In this document: piece after piece, positions 48,201-60,200 of the stretch
Layout of the letters: each line of letters opens with the position of its first letter
Numbering within the stretch: position 1 is the stretch's first letter
Translations under genes and position numbers: made by a program
NCBI GenBank assembly: GCA_965240325.2
Contig: OZ251240.1
Span: 248,001 to 312,000 of the forward strand
DNA from: Rebecca billardiae RCC1528
Taxonomy: Eukaryota > Protista > Haptophyta
Direction of reading: 5' to 3'
Length of the DNA: 64,000 nt
Notes under the pieces: model-generated
Database searches by the model: none
What the model saw: the letters and a program-made list of their open reading frames with translations, nothing else
Told to the model about the DNA's origin: nothing

Positions 48201-51200
48201 AGCGGGCGGGCGGTAGCCGCGGTGCTGATTGGCGCGTCCTCGACGCCCATGCTCGCTCCGAGCCGCGCTGCACGCCGCGCCGCCGCCGCTCCTCACGGCC
48301 GCGCGCCCGCAGGGCTGCGGCTCCGCGCCCGAGCCGCAGCCCTGCGGCCGCAGGCCTGCGGCCGCAGGCCTGCGGTGGCCCAGCAGGCTGCTGCTGCTGC
48401 TCGGCCCACTCGCGCTGCGCGAGGCGATTGGCGGGTCCTCGACGCCCATGCTCGCTCCGAGCCGCGCTGCATGCCGCGCCGCCGCCACTCCTCACGGCCG
48501 CGCGCCCGCAGGGCTGCGGCTCAGCGCCCGAGCCGCAGCCCTGCGGCCGCAGCCCTGCGGCCGCAGCCCTGCGGCCGCAGGCCTGCGGTGGCCCAGCAGG
48601 CTGCTGCTGCTGCTCGGCTCAGTCGCGCGGCGCGAGGCGAGCGGGCGGGCGGTAGCTGCGGTGCTGATTGGCGCGTCCTCGACGCCCATGCTCGCTCCGA
48701 GCCGCGCTGCATGACGCGCCGCCGCCGCTAATCACGGCCGCGCGCCCACAGGGCTGCGGCTCCGCGACCGAGCCGCAGCCCTGCGGCCGCAGCCCTGCGG
48801 CCGCAGCCCTGCGGCCGCAGGCCTGCGGTGGCCCAGCAGGCTGCTGCTGCTGCTCGGCTCACTCGCGTGGTGCGAGGCGACTGGCGCGTCCTCGACGCCC
48901 ATGCTCGCTCCGAGCCGCGCTGCACGCCGCGCCGCCGCCACTCCTCACGGCCGCGCGCCCGCAGGGCTGCGGCTCCGCGCCCGAGCCGCCGCCCTGCGGC
49001 CGCAGGCCTGCGGCCGCAGGCCTGCGGTGGCCCAGCAGGCTGCTGCTGCTGCTCGGCCCACTCGCGCTGCGCGAGGCGATTGGCGGGTCCTCGACGCCCA
49101 TGCTCGCTCCGAGCCGCGCTGCATGCCGCGCCGCCGCCACTCCTCACGGCCGCGCGCCCGCAGGGCTGCGGCTCCGCGCCCGAGCCGCAGCCCTGCGGCC
49201 GCAGCCCTGCGGCCGCAGCCCTGCGGCCGCAGGCCTGCGGTTGCCCAGCAGGCTGCTGCTGCTGCTCGGCTCACTCGCGCGGCGCGAGGCGACTGGCGCG
49301 TCCTCGACGCCCATGCTCGCTCCGAGCCGCGCTGCACGCCGCGCCGCCGCCACTCCTCACGGCCGCGCGCCCGCAGGGCTGCGGCTCCGCGCCCGAGCCG
49401 CAGCCCTGCGGCCGCAGCCCTGCGGCCGCAGGCCTGCGCTGGCCCAGCAGGCTGCTGCTGCTGCTCGGCTCAGTCGCGCGGCGAGCGGGCGGGCGGCTGG
49501 CGGTGGTGCTGGATGGCGCGTCCTCGACGCCCATGCTCGCTCCGAGCCGCACTGCATGCCGCGCCGCTGCCACTCCTCACGGCCGCGCGCCCGCAGGGCT
49601 GCGGCTCCGCGCCCGAGCCGCAGCCCTGCGGCCGCAGCCCTGCGGCCGCAGCCCTGCGGCCGCAGGACTGCGGTGGCCCAGCAGGCTGCTGCTGCTGCTC
49701 GGCTCACTCGCGCGGCGCGAGGAGATTGGCGCGTCCTCGACGCCCATGCTCGCTCCGAGCCGCGCTGCACGCCGCGCCGCCGCCACTCCTCACGGCCGCG
49801 CGCCCGCAGGGCTGCGGCTCCGCGCCCCGCAGGCCTGCGCTGGCCCAGCAGGCTGCTGCTGCTGCTCGGCTCAGTCGCGCGGCGAGCGGGCGGGCGGCTG
49901 GCGGTGGTGCTGGATGGCGCGTCCTCGACGCCCATGCTCGCTCCGAGCCGCGCTGCACGCCGCGCCGCCGCCACTCCTCACGGCCGCGCGCCCGCAGGGC
50001 TGCGGCTCCGCGCCCGAGCCGCAGCCCTGCGGCCGCAGCCCTGCGGCCGCAGGCCTGCGGTGGCCCAGCAGGCTGCTGCTGCTGCTCGGCTCACTCACGC
50101 GGCGCGAGGCGAGCGGGCGGGCGGGTGGCAGCGGTGCTGATTGGCGCGTCCTCGACGCCCATGCTCGCCCCGAGCCGCGCTGCATGCCTCGCCGCCGCCA
50201 CTCCTCACGGCCGCGCGCCCGCAGGGCTGCGGCTCCGCGCAAGAGCCGCAGCCCTGCGGCCGCAGCCCTGCGGCCGCAGGCCTGCGGCCGCAGGCCTGCG
50301 GTGGCCCAGCAGGCTGCTGCTGCTGCTCGGCCCACTCGCGCGGCGCGAGGCGATTGGCGCGTCCTCGACGCCCATGCTCGCTCCGAGCCGCACTGCATGC
50401 CGCGCCGCCGCCACTCCTCACGGCCGCGCGCCCACAGGGCTGCGGCTCCGCGACCGAGCCGCAGGGCTGCGGCCGCAGGCCTGCGGCCGCAGCCCTGCGG
50501 AAGCAGGCTGATGCTGCTGCTCGGCTCAGTCGCGCGGCGCGAGGCGAGCGGGCGGGCGGGTGGCAGTGGTGCTGATTGGCGCGTCCTCGACGCCCATGCT
50601 CGCTCCGAGCCGCGCTGCATGCCGCGCCGCCGCCACTCCTCACGGCCGCGCGCCCGCAGGGCTGCGGCTCCGCGCAAGAGCCGCAGCCCTGCGGCCGCAG
50701 CCCTGCGGCCGCAGGCCTGCGGCCGCAGGCCTGCGGTGGCCCAGCAGGCTGCTGCTGCTGCTCGGCCCACTCGCGCGGCGCGAGGCGATTGGTGCGTCCT
50801 CGACGCCCATGCTCGCTCCGAGCCGCGCTGCACGCCGCGCCGCCGCCACTCCTCACGGCCGCGCGCCCGCAGGGCTGCGGCTCCGCGCCCGAGCCGCAGC
50901 CCTGCGGCCGCAGCCCTGCGGCCGCAGCCCTGCGGCCGCAGGCCTGCTGTGGCCCAGCAGGCTGCTGCTGCTGCTCGGCCCACTCGCGCGGCGCGAGGCG
51001 ATTGGTGCGTCCTCGACGCCCATGCTCGCTCCGAGCCGCGCTGCACGCCGCGCCGCCGCCACTCCTCACGGCCGCGCGCCCGCAGGGCTGCGGCTTCGCG
51101 CCCGAGCCGCAGCCCTGCGGCCGCAGGCCTGCGGCCGCAGGCCTGCGGAAGCAGGCTGCTGCTGCTGATCGGCTCAGTCGCGCGGCGCGAGGCGATTGGT

Positions 51201-54200
51201 GCGTCCTCGAAACCCATGCTCGCTCCGAGCCGCGCTGCACGCCGCGCCGCCGCCACTCCTCACGGCCGCGCGCCCGCAGGGCTGCGGCTTCGCGCCCGAG
51301 CCGCAGCCCTGCGGCCGCAGGCCTGCGGCCGCAGCCCTGCGGAAGCAGGCTGCTGCTGCTGCTCGGCTCAGTCGTGCGGCGCGAGGCGAGCGGGCAGGCG
51401 GGTGGCAGTGGTGCTGATTGGCGCGTCCTCGACGCCCATGCTCGCTCCGAGCCGCGCTGCATGCCGCGCCGCCGCCACTCCTCACGGCCGCGCGCCCGCA
51501 GGGCTGCGGCTCCGCGCCCGAGCCGCAGCCCTGCGGCCGCAGCCCTGCGGCCGCAGCCCTGCGGCCGCAGGCCTGCGGTGGCCCAGCAGGCTACTGCTGC
51601 TGCTCGGCTCACTCGCGCGGCGCGAGGCGATTGGCGCGTCCTCGACGCCCATGCTCGCTCCGAGCCGCGCTGCACGCCGCGCCGCCGCCACTCCTCACGG
51701 CCGCGCGCCCGCAGGGCTGCGGCTCCGCGCCCGAGCCGCACCCCTGCGGCCGCAGCCCTGCGGCCGCAGCCCTGCGGCCGCAGGCCTGCGGTGGCCCAGC
51801 AGGCTACTGCTGCTGCTCGGCTCACTCGCGCGGCGCGAGGCGATTGGCGCGTCCTCGACGCCCATGCTCGCTCCGAGCCGCGCTGCACGCCGCGCCGCCG
51901 CCACTCCTCACGGCCGCGCGCCCGCAGGGCTGCGGCTCCGCGCCCGAGCCGCAGCCCTGCGGCCGCAGCCCTGCGGCCGCAGCCCTGCGGCCGCAGGCCT
52001 GCGGTGGCCCAGCAGGCTGCTGCTGCTGCTCGGCCCACTCGCGCGGCGCGAGGCGATTGGTGCGTCCTCGACGCCCATGCTCGCTCCGAGCCGCGCTGCA
52101 CGCCGCGCCGCCGCCACTCCTCACGGCCGCGCGCCCGCAGGGCTGCGGCTCCGCGCCCGAGCCGCAGCCCTGCGGCCGCAGCCCTGCGGCCGCAGGCCTG
52201 CGGTGGCCCAGCAGGCTGCTGCTGCTGCTCGGCCCACTCGCGCGGCGCGAGGCGATTGGTGCGTCCTCGACGCCCATGCTCGCTCCGAGCCGCGCTGCAC
52301 GCCGCGCCGCCGCCACTCCTCACGGCCGCGCGCCCGCAGGGCTGCGGCTTCGCGCCCGAGCCGCAGCCCTGCGGCCGCAGGCCTGCGGCCGCAGGCCTGC
52401 GGAAGCAGGCTGCTGCTGCTGATCGGCTCAGTCGTGCGGCGCGAGGCGAGCGGGCAGGCGGGTGGCAGTGGTGCTGATTGGCGCGTCCTCGACGCCCATG
52501 CTCGCTCCGAGCCGCGCTGCATGCCGCGCCGCCGCCACTCCTCACGGCCGCGCGCCCGCAGGGCTGCGGCTCCGCGCCCGAGCCGCAACCCTGCGGCCGC
52601 AGCCCTGCGGCCGCAGCCCTGCGGCCGCAGGCCTGCGGTGGCCCAGCAGGCTGCTGCTGCTGCTCGGCTCACTCGCGCGGCGCGAGGCGATTGGCGCGTC
52701 CTCGTCGCCCATGCTCGCTCCGAGCCGCGCTGCACGCCGCGCCGCCGCCACTCCTCACGGCCGCGCGCCCGCAGGGCTGCGGCTCCGCGCCCGAGCCGCA
52801 GCCCTGCGGCCGCAGCCCTGCGGCCGCAGGCCTGCGCTGGCCCAGCAGGCTGCTGCTGCTGCTCGGCTCAGTCGCGCGGCGAGCGTGCGGGCGGCTGGCG
52901 GTAGTGCTGGATGGCGCATCCTCGACGCCCATGCTCGCTCCGAGCCGCGCTGCACGCCGCGCCGCCGCCACTCCTCACGGCCGCGCGCCCGCAGGGCTGC
53001 GGCTCCGCGCCCGAGCCGCAGCCCTGCGGCCGCAGCGCTGCGGCCGCAGCCCTGCGGCCGCAGGCCTGCGGTGGCCCAGCAGGCTGCTGCTGCTGCTCGA
53101 TTCACTCGCGCGGCGCGAGGCGATTGGCGGGTCCTCGACGCCCATGCTCGTTCCGAGCCGCACTGCATGCCGCTCCGCCGCCACTCCTCACGGCCGCGCG
53201 CCCACAGGGATGCGGCTCCGCGACCGAGCCGAAGGGCTGCGGCCGCAGGCCTGCGGCCGCAGCCCTGCGGAAGCAGGCTGATGCTGCTGCTCGGCTCAGT
53301 CGCGTGGCGCGAGGCGAGCGGGCGGGCGGTAGCCACGGTGCTGATTGGCGCGTCCTCGACGCCCATGCTCGCTCAGAGCTGCGCTGCATGACGCGCCGCC
53401 GCCGCTCCTCACGGCCGCGCGCCCGCAGGGCTGCGGCTTCGCGCCCGAGCCGCAGGCCTGCGGTGGCCCAGCAGGCTGCTGCTGCTGCTCGGCTCAGTCG
53501 CGTGGCGCGAGGCGATTGGTGCGTCCTCGACGCCCATGCTCGCTCCGAGCCGCGCTGCACGCCGCGCCGCCGCCACTCCTCACGGCCGCGCGCCCGCAGG
53601 GCTGCGGCTCCGCGCCCGAGCCGCAGCCCTGCGGCCGCAGCCCTGCGGCCGCAGCCCTGCGGCCGCAGGCCTGCGGTGGCCCAGCAGGCTGCTGCTGCTG
53701 CTCGGCCCACTCGCGCGGCGCGAGGCGATTGGTGCGTCCTCGACGCCCATGCTCGCTCCGAGCCGCGCTGCACGCCGCGCCGCCGCCACTCCTCACGGCC
53801 GCGCGCCCGCAGGGCTGCGGCTCCGCGCCCGAGCCGCAGCCCTGCGGCCGCAGCCCTGCGGCCGCAGCCCTGCGGCCGCAGGCCTGCGGTGGCCCAGCAG
53901 GCTGCTGCTGCTGCTCGGCCCACTCGCGCGGCGCGAGGCGATTGGTGCGTCCTCGACGCCCATGCTCGCTCCGAGCCGCGCTGCACGCCGCGCCGCCGCC
54001 ACTCCTCACGGCCGCGCGCCCGCAGGGCTGCGGCTTCGCGCCCGAGCCGCAGCCCTGCGGCCGCAGGCCTGCGGCCGCAGGCCTGCGGAAGCAGGCTGCT
54101 GCTGCTGATCGGCTCAGTCGTGCGGCGCGAGGCGAGCGGGCAGGCGGGTGGCAGTGGTGCTGATTGGCGCGTCCTCGACGCCCATGCTCGCTCCGAGCCG

Positions 54201-57200
54201 CGCTGCATGCCGCGCCGCCGCCACTCCTCACGGCCGCGCGCCCGCAGGGCTGCGGCTCCGCGCCCGAGCCGCAACCCTGCGGCCGCAGCCCTGCGGCCGC
54301 AGCCCTGCGGCCGCAGGCCTGCGGTGGCCCAGCAGGCTGCTGCTGCTGCTCGGCTCACTCGCGCGGCGCGAGGCGATTGGCGCGTCCTCGTCGCCCATGC
54401 TCGCTCCGAGCCGCGCTGCACGCCGCGCCGCCGCCACTCCTCACGGCCGCGCGCCCGCAGGGCTGCGGCTCCGCGCCCGAGCCGCAGCCCTGCGGCCGCA
54501 GCCCTGCGGCCGCAGGCCTGCGCTGGCCCAGCAGGCTGCTGCTGCTGCTCGGCTCAGTCGCGCGGCGAGCGTGCGGGCGGCTGGCGGTAGTGCTGGATGG
54601 CGCTTCCTCGACGCCCATGCTCGCTCCGAGCCGCGCTGCACGCCGCGCCGCCGCCACTCCTCACGGCCGCGCGCCCGCAGGGCTGCGGCTCCGCGCCCGA
54701 GCCGCAGCCCTGCGGCCGCAGCGCTGCGGCCGCAGCCCTGCGGCCGCAGGCCTGCGGTGGCCCAGCAGGCTGCTGCTGCTGCTCGATTCACTCGCGCGGC
54801 GCGAGGCGATTGGCGGGTCCTCGACGCCCATGCTCGTTCCGAGCCGCACTGCATGCCGCTCCGCCGCCACTCCTCACGGCCGCGCGCCCACAGGGATGCG
54901 GCTCCGCGACCGAGCCGAAGGGCTGCGGCCGCAGGCCTGCGGCCGCAGCCCTGCGGAAGCAGGCTGATGCTGCTGCTCGGCTCAGTCGCGTGGCGCGAGG
55001 CGAGCGGGCGGGCGGTAGCCACGGTGCTGATTGGCGCGTCCTCGACGCCCATGCTCGCTCAGAGCTGCGCTGCATGACGCGCCGCCGCCGCTCCTCACGG
55101 CCGCGCGCCCGCAGGGCTGCGGCTTCGCGCCCGAGCCGCAGGCCTGCGGTGGCCCAGCAGGCTGCTGCTGCTGCTCGGCTCAGTCGCGTGGCGCGAGGCG
55201 ATTGGTGCGTCCTCGACGCCCATGCTCGCTCGGAGCCGCGCTGCATGCCGCGCCGCCGCCGCTCCTCACTGCCGCGCGCCCGCAGGGCTGCGGCTTCGCG
55301 CCCGAGCCGCAGCCCTGCGGCCGCAGGCCTGCGGCCGCAGGCCTGCGGCCGCAGGCCTGCGGTGGCCCAGCAGGCTGATGCTGCTGCTCGGCTCAGTCGC
55401 GTGGCGCGAGGCGAGCGGGCGGGCGGTAGCCACGGTGCTGATTGGCGCGTCCTCGACGCCCATGCTCGCTCAGAGCTGCGCTGCATGACGCGCCGCCGCC
55501 GCTCCTCACGGCCGCGCGCCCGCAGGGCTGCGGCTTCGCGCCCGAGCCGCAGCCCTGCGGCCGCAGGCCTGCGGCAGCAGGCCTGCGGCCGCAGGCCTGC
55601 GGTGGCCCAGCAGGCTGCTGCTGCTGCTCGGCTCAGTCGCGTGGCGCGAGGCGATTGGCGCGTCCTCGACGCCCATGCTCGCTCCGAGCCGCACTGCATG
55701 CCGCGCCGCCGCCACTCCTCACGGCCGCGCGCCCACAGGGCTGCGGCTCCGCGACCGAGCCGAAGGGCTGCGGCCGCAGGCCTGCTGCCGCAGCCCTGCG
55801 GAAGCAGGCTGATGCTGCTGCTCGGCTCAGTCGCGTGGCGCGAGGCGAGCGGGCGGGCGGTAGCCACGATGCTGATTGGCGCGTCCTCGACGCCCATGCT
55901 CGCTCAGATCCGCGCTGCATGACGCGCCGCCGCCGCTCCTCACGGCCGCGCGCCCGCAGGGCTGCGGCTTCGCGCCCGAGCCGCAGCCCTGCGGCCGCAG
56001 GCCTGCGGCCGCAGGCCTGCGGCCGCAGGCCTGCGGTGGCCCAGCAGGCTGCTGCTGCTGCTCGGCTCAGTCGCGTGGCGCGAGGCGATTGGCGCGTCCT
56101 CGACGCCCATGCTCGCTCCGAGCCGCGCTGCATGCCGCGCCGCCGCCACTCCTCACGGCCGCGCGCCCGCAGGGCTGCGGCTCCGCGCCCGAGCCGCAGC
56201 CCTGCGGCCGCAGCCCTGCGGCCGCAGGCCTGCGGCCGCAGGCCTGCGGTGGCCCAGCAGGCTGCTGCTGCTGCTCGGCCCACTCGCGCGGCGCGCGGCG
56301 ATTGGCGCGTCCTCGACGCCCATGCTCGCTCCGAGCCGCACGGCATGCTGCGCCGCCGCCACTCCTCACGGCCGCGCGCCCACAGGGCTGCGGCTCCGCG
56401 ACCGAGCCGCAGCCCTGCGGCCGCAGCCCTGCGGCCGCAGGCCTGCGGCCGCAGGCCTGCGGTGGCCCAGCAGGCTGCTGCTGCTGCTCGGCTCAGTCGC
56501 GCGGGGCGAGGCGATTGGCGGGTCCTCGACGCCCATGCTCGCTCCGAGCCGCACTGCATGCCGCGCCGCCGCCACTCCTCACGGCCGCGCGCCCGCAGGG
56601 CTGCGGCTCCGCGACCGAGCCGAAGGGCTGCGGCCGCAGGCCTGCGGCCGCAGCCCTGCGGAAGCAGGATGATGCTGCTGCTCGGCTCAGTCGCGCGGCG
56701 CGAGGCGAGCGGGCGGGCGGGTGGCCGCGGTGCTGATTGGTGCGTCCTCGACGCCCATGCTCGCTCCGAGCCGCGCTGCATGCCGCGCCGCCGCCACTCC
56801 TCACGGCCGCGCGCCCGCAGGGCTGCGGCTCCGCGCCCGAGCCGCAGCCCTGCGGCCGCAGCGCTGCGGCCGCAGCCCTGCGGCCGCAGGGCTGCGGTGG
56901 CCCAGCAGGCTGCTGCTGCTGCTCGGCTCACTCGCGCGGCGTGAGGCGATTGGCGCGTCCTCGACGCCCATGCTCGCTCCGAGCCGCACTGCATGCCGCT
57001 CCGCCGCCACTCCTCACGGCCGCGCGCCCACAGGGCTGCGGCTCCGCGACCGAGCCGCAGGGCTGCGGCCGCAGGCCTGCGGCCGCAGCCCTGCGGAAGC
57101 AGGCTGCTGCTGCTGCTCGGCTCAGTCGCGCGGCGCGAGGCGAGCGGGCGGGCGGGTGGCCGCGGTGCTGATTGGTGCGTCCTCGACGCCCATGCTCGCT

Positions 57201-60200
57201 CCGAGCCGCGCTGCATGACGCGCCGCCGCCGCTCCTCACGGCCGCGCGCCCGCAGGGCTGCGGCTCCGCGCCCGAGCCGCAGCCCTGCGGCCGCAGCCCT
57301 GCGGCCGCAGGCCTGCGGTGGCCCAGCAGGCTGCTGCTGCTGCTCGGCTCAGTCGCGCGGCGCGAGGCGATTGGCGCGTCCTCGACGCCCATGCTCGCTC
57401 CGAGCCGCGCTGCACGCCGCGCCGCCGCCACTTCTCACGGCCGCGCGCCCGCAGGGCTGCGGCTCCGCGCCCGAGCCGCAGCCCTGCGGCCGCAGCCCTG
57501 CGGCCGCAGCCCTGCGGCCGCAGGCCTGCGGTGGCCCAGCAGGCTGCTGCTGCTGCTCGGCCCACTCGCTTGCGCGAGGCGATTGGCGCGTCCTCGACGC
57601 CCATGCTCGCTCCGAGCCGCACTGCATGCCGCGCCGCCGCCACTCCTCACGGCCGCGCGCCCACAGGGCTGCGGCTCCGCGACCGAGCCGCAGGGCTGCG
57701 GCCGCAGGCCTGCGGCCGCAGCCCTGCGGAAGCAGGCTGATGCTGCTGCTCGGCTCAGTCGCGCGGCGCGAGGCGAGCGGGCGGGCGGGTGGCCGCGGTG
57801 CCGATTGGCGCGTCCTCGACGCCCATGCTCGCTCCGAGCCGCGCTGCATGCCGCGCCGCCGCCGCTCCTCACGGCCGCGCGCCCGCAGGGCTGCGGCTCC
57901 GCGCCGGAGCCGCAGCCCTGCGGCCGCAGCCCTGCGGCCGCAGCCCTGCAGCCGCAGCCCTGCGGCCGCAGCCCTGCGGCCGCAGCCCTGCGGCCGCAGG
58001 CCTGCGGTGGCCCAGCAGGCTGCTGCTGCTGCTCGGCTCACTCGCGCGGCGCGAGGCGACTGGCGCGTCCTCGACGCCCATGCTCGCTCCGAGCCGCGCT
58101 GCACGCCGCGCCGCCGCCACTCCTCACGGCCGCGCGCCCGCAGGGCTGCGGCTCCGCGCCCGAGCCGCAGCCCTGCGGCCGCAGGCCTGCGGCCGCAGGC
58201 CTGCGGTGGCCCAGCAGGCTCCTGCTGCTGCTCGGCCCACTCGCGCGGCGCGAGGCGATTGGCGGGTCCTGGACGCTCATGCTCGCTCCGAGCCGCGCTG
58301 CACGCCGCGCCGCCGCCACTCCTCACGGCCGCGCGCCCGCAGGGCTGCGGCTCCGCGCCCGAGCCGCAGCCCTGCGGCCGCAGCCCTGCGGCCGCAGGCC
58401 TGCGGTGGCCCAGCAGGCTGCTGCTGCTGCTCGGCTCACTCGCGCGGCGCGAGGCGATTGGCGCGTCCTCGACGCCCATGCTCGCTCCGAGCCGCGCTGC
58501 ACGCCGTGCCGCCGCCACTCCTCACGGCCGCGCGCCCGCAGGGCTGCGGCTCCGCGCCCGAGCCGCAGCCCTGCGGCCGCAGCCCTGCGGCCGCAGGCCT
58601 GCGGTGGCCCAGCAGGCTGCTGCTGCTGCTCGGCCCACTCGCGCGGCGCGAGGCGATTGGCGCGTCCTCGACGCCCATGCTCGCTCCGAGCCGCACTGCA
58701 TGCCGCGCCGCCGCCACTCCTCACGGCCGCGCGCCCACAGGGCTGCGGCTCCGCGACCGAGCCGCAGCCCTGCGGCCGCAGCCCTGCGGCCGCAGGCCTG
58801 CGGCTGCAGGCCTGCGGTGGCTCAGCAGGCTGCTGCTGCTGCTCGGCCCACTCGCGCGGCGCGAGGCGAGCGGCGCGTCTTCGACGCCCATGCTCGCTTC
58901 GAGCCGCGCTGCACGCCACGCCGCCGCCACTCCTCACGGCCGCGCGCCCGCAGGGCTGCGGCTCCGCGCCCCAGCCGCAGCCCTGCGGCCGCAGCGCTGC
59001 GGCCGCAGCCCTGCGGCCGCAGGCCTGCGGCCGCAGGCCTGCGCTGGCCCAGCAGGCTGCTTCTGCTGCTCGGCTCAGTCGCGCGGCGAGCGGGCGGGCG
59101 GCTGGCGGTGGTGCTGGATGGCGCGTCTTCGACGCCATGCTCGCTCCGAGCCGCGCTGCACGCCGCGCCGCCGCTACTCCTCACGGCCGCGCGCCCGCAG
59201 GGCTGCGGCTCCGCGCCCGAGCCGCAGCCCTGCGGCGCAGCCCTGCGGCCGCAGGCCTGCGGAAGCAGGCTGCTGCTGCTGCTCGACTCAGTCGTGCGGC
59301 GCGAGGCGAGCGGGCAAGCGGGTGGCAGTGGTACTGATTGGCGGTTCCTCGGCGCCCATGCTCGCTCCGAGCCGCACTGCATGCCGCGCCGCCGCCACTC
59401 CTCACGGCCGCGAGCCCGCAGGGCTGCGGCTCCGCGCCCGAGCCGCAGCCCTGCGGCCGCAGCCCTGCGGCCGCAGCCCTGCGTCCGCAGGCCTGCGGTG
59501 GCCCAGCAGGCTGCTGCTGCTGCTCGGCTCACTCGCGCAGCGCGAGGCGATTGGCGCGTCCTCGACGCCCATGCTCGCTCCGAGCCGCGCTGCACGCCGC
59601 GCCGCCGCCACTCCTCACGGCCGCGAGCCCGCAGGGCTGCGGCTCCGCGCCCGAGCCGCAGCCCTGCGGCCGCAGCCCTGCGGCCGCAGGCCTGCGGTGG
59701 CTCAGCAGGCTGCTGCTGCTGCTCGGCTCACTCACGCGGCGCGAGGCGATTGGCGCGTCCTCGACGCCCATGCTCGCTTCGAGCCGCGCTGCACGCCGCG
59801 CCGCCGCCACTCCTCACGGCCGCGCGCCCGCAGGGCTGCGGCTCCGCGCCCCAGCCGCAGCCCTGCGGCCGCAGCGCTGCGGCCGCAGCCCTGCGGCAGC
59901 AGGCCTGCGGTGGCCCAGCAGGCTGCTGCTGCTGCTCGGTTCACTCGCGGGGCGCGCAACGATTGGTGCGTCCTTGCCCTCGACGCCCATGCTCGCTCCG
60001 AGCCGCACTGCACGCCGCGCCGCCGCCACTCCTCACGGCCGCGCGCCCGCAGGGCTGCGGCTCCGCGCCCGAGCCGCAGCCCTGCGGCCGCAGCCCTGCG
60101 GCCGCAGGCCTGCGGTGGCCCAGCAGGCTGCTGCTGCTGCTCGGCCCACTCGCGCGGCGCGAGGCGATTGGCGGGTCATCGACGCCCATGCTCGCTCCGA

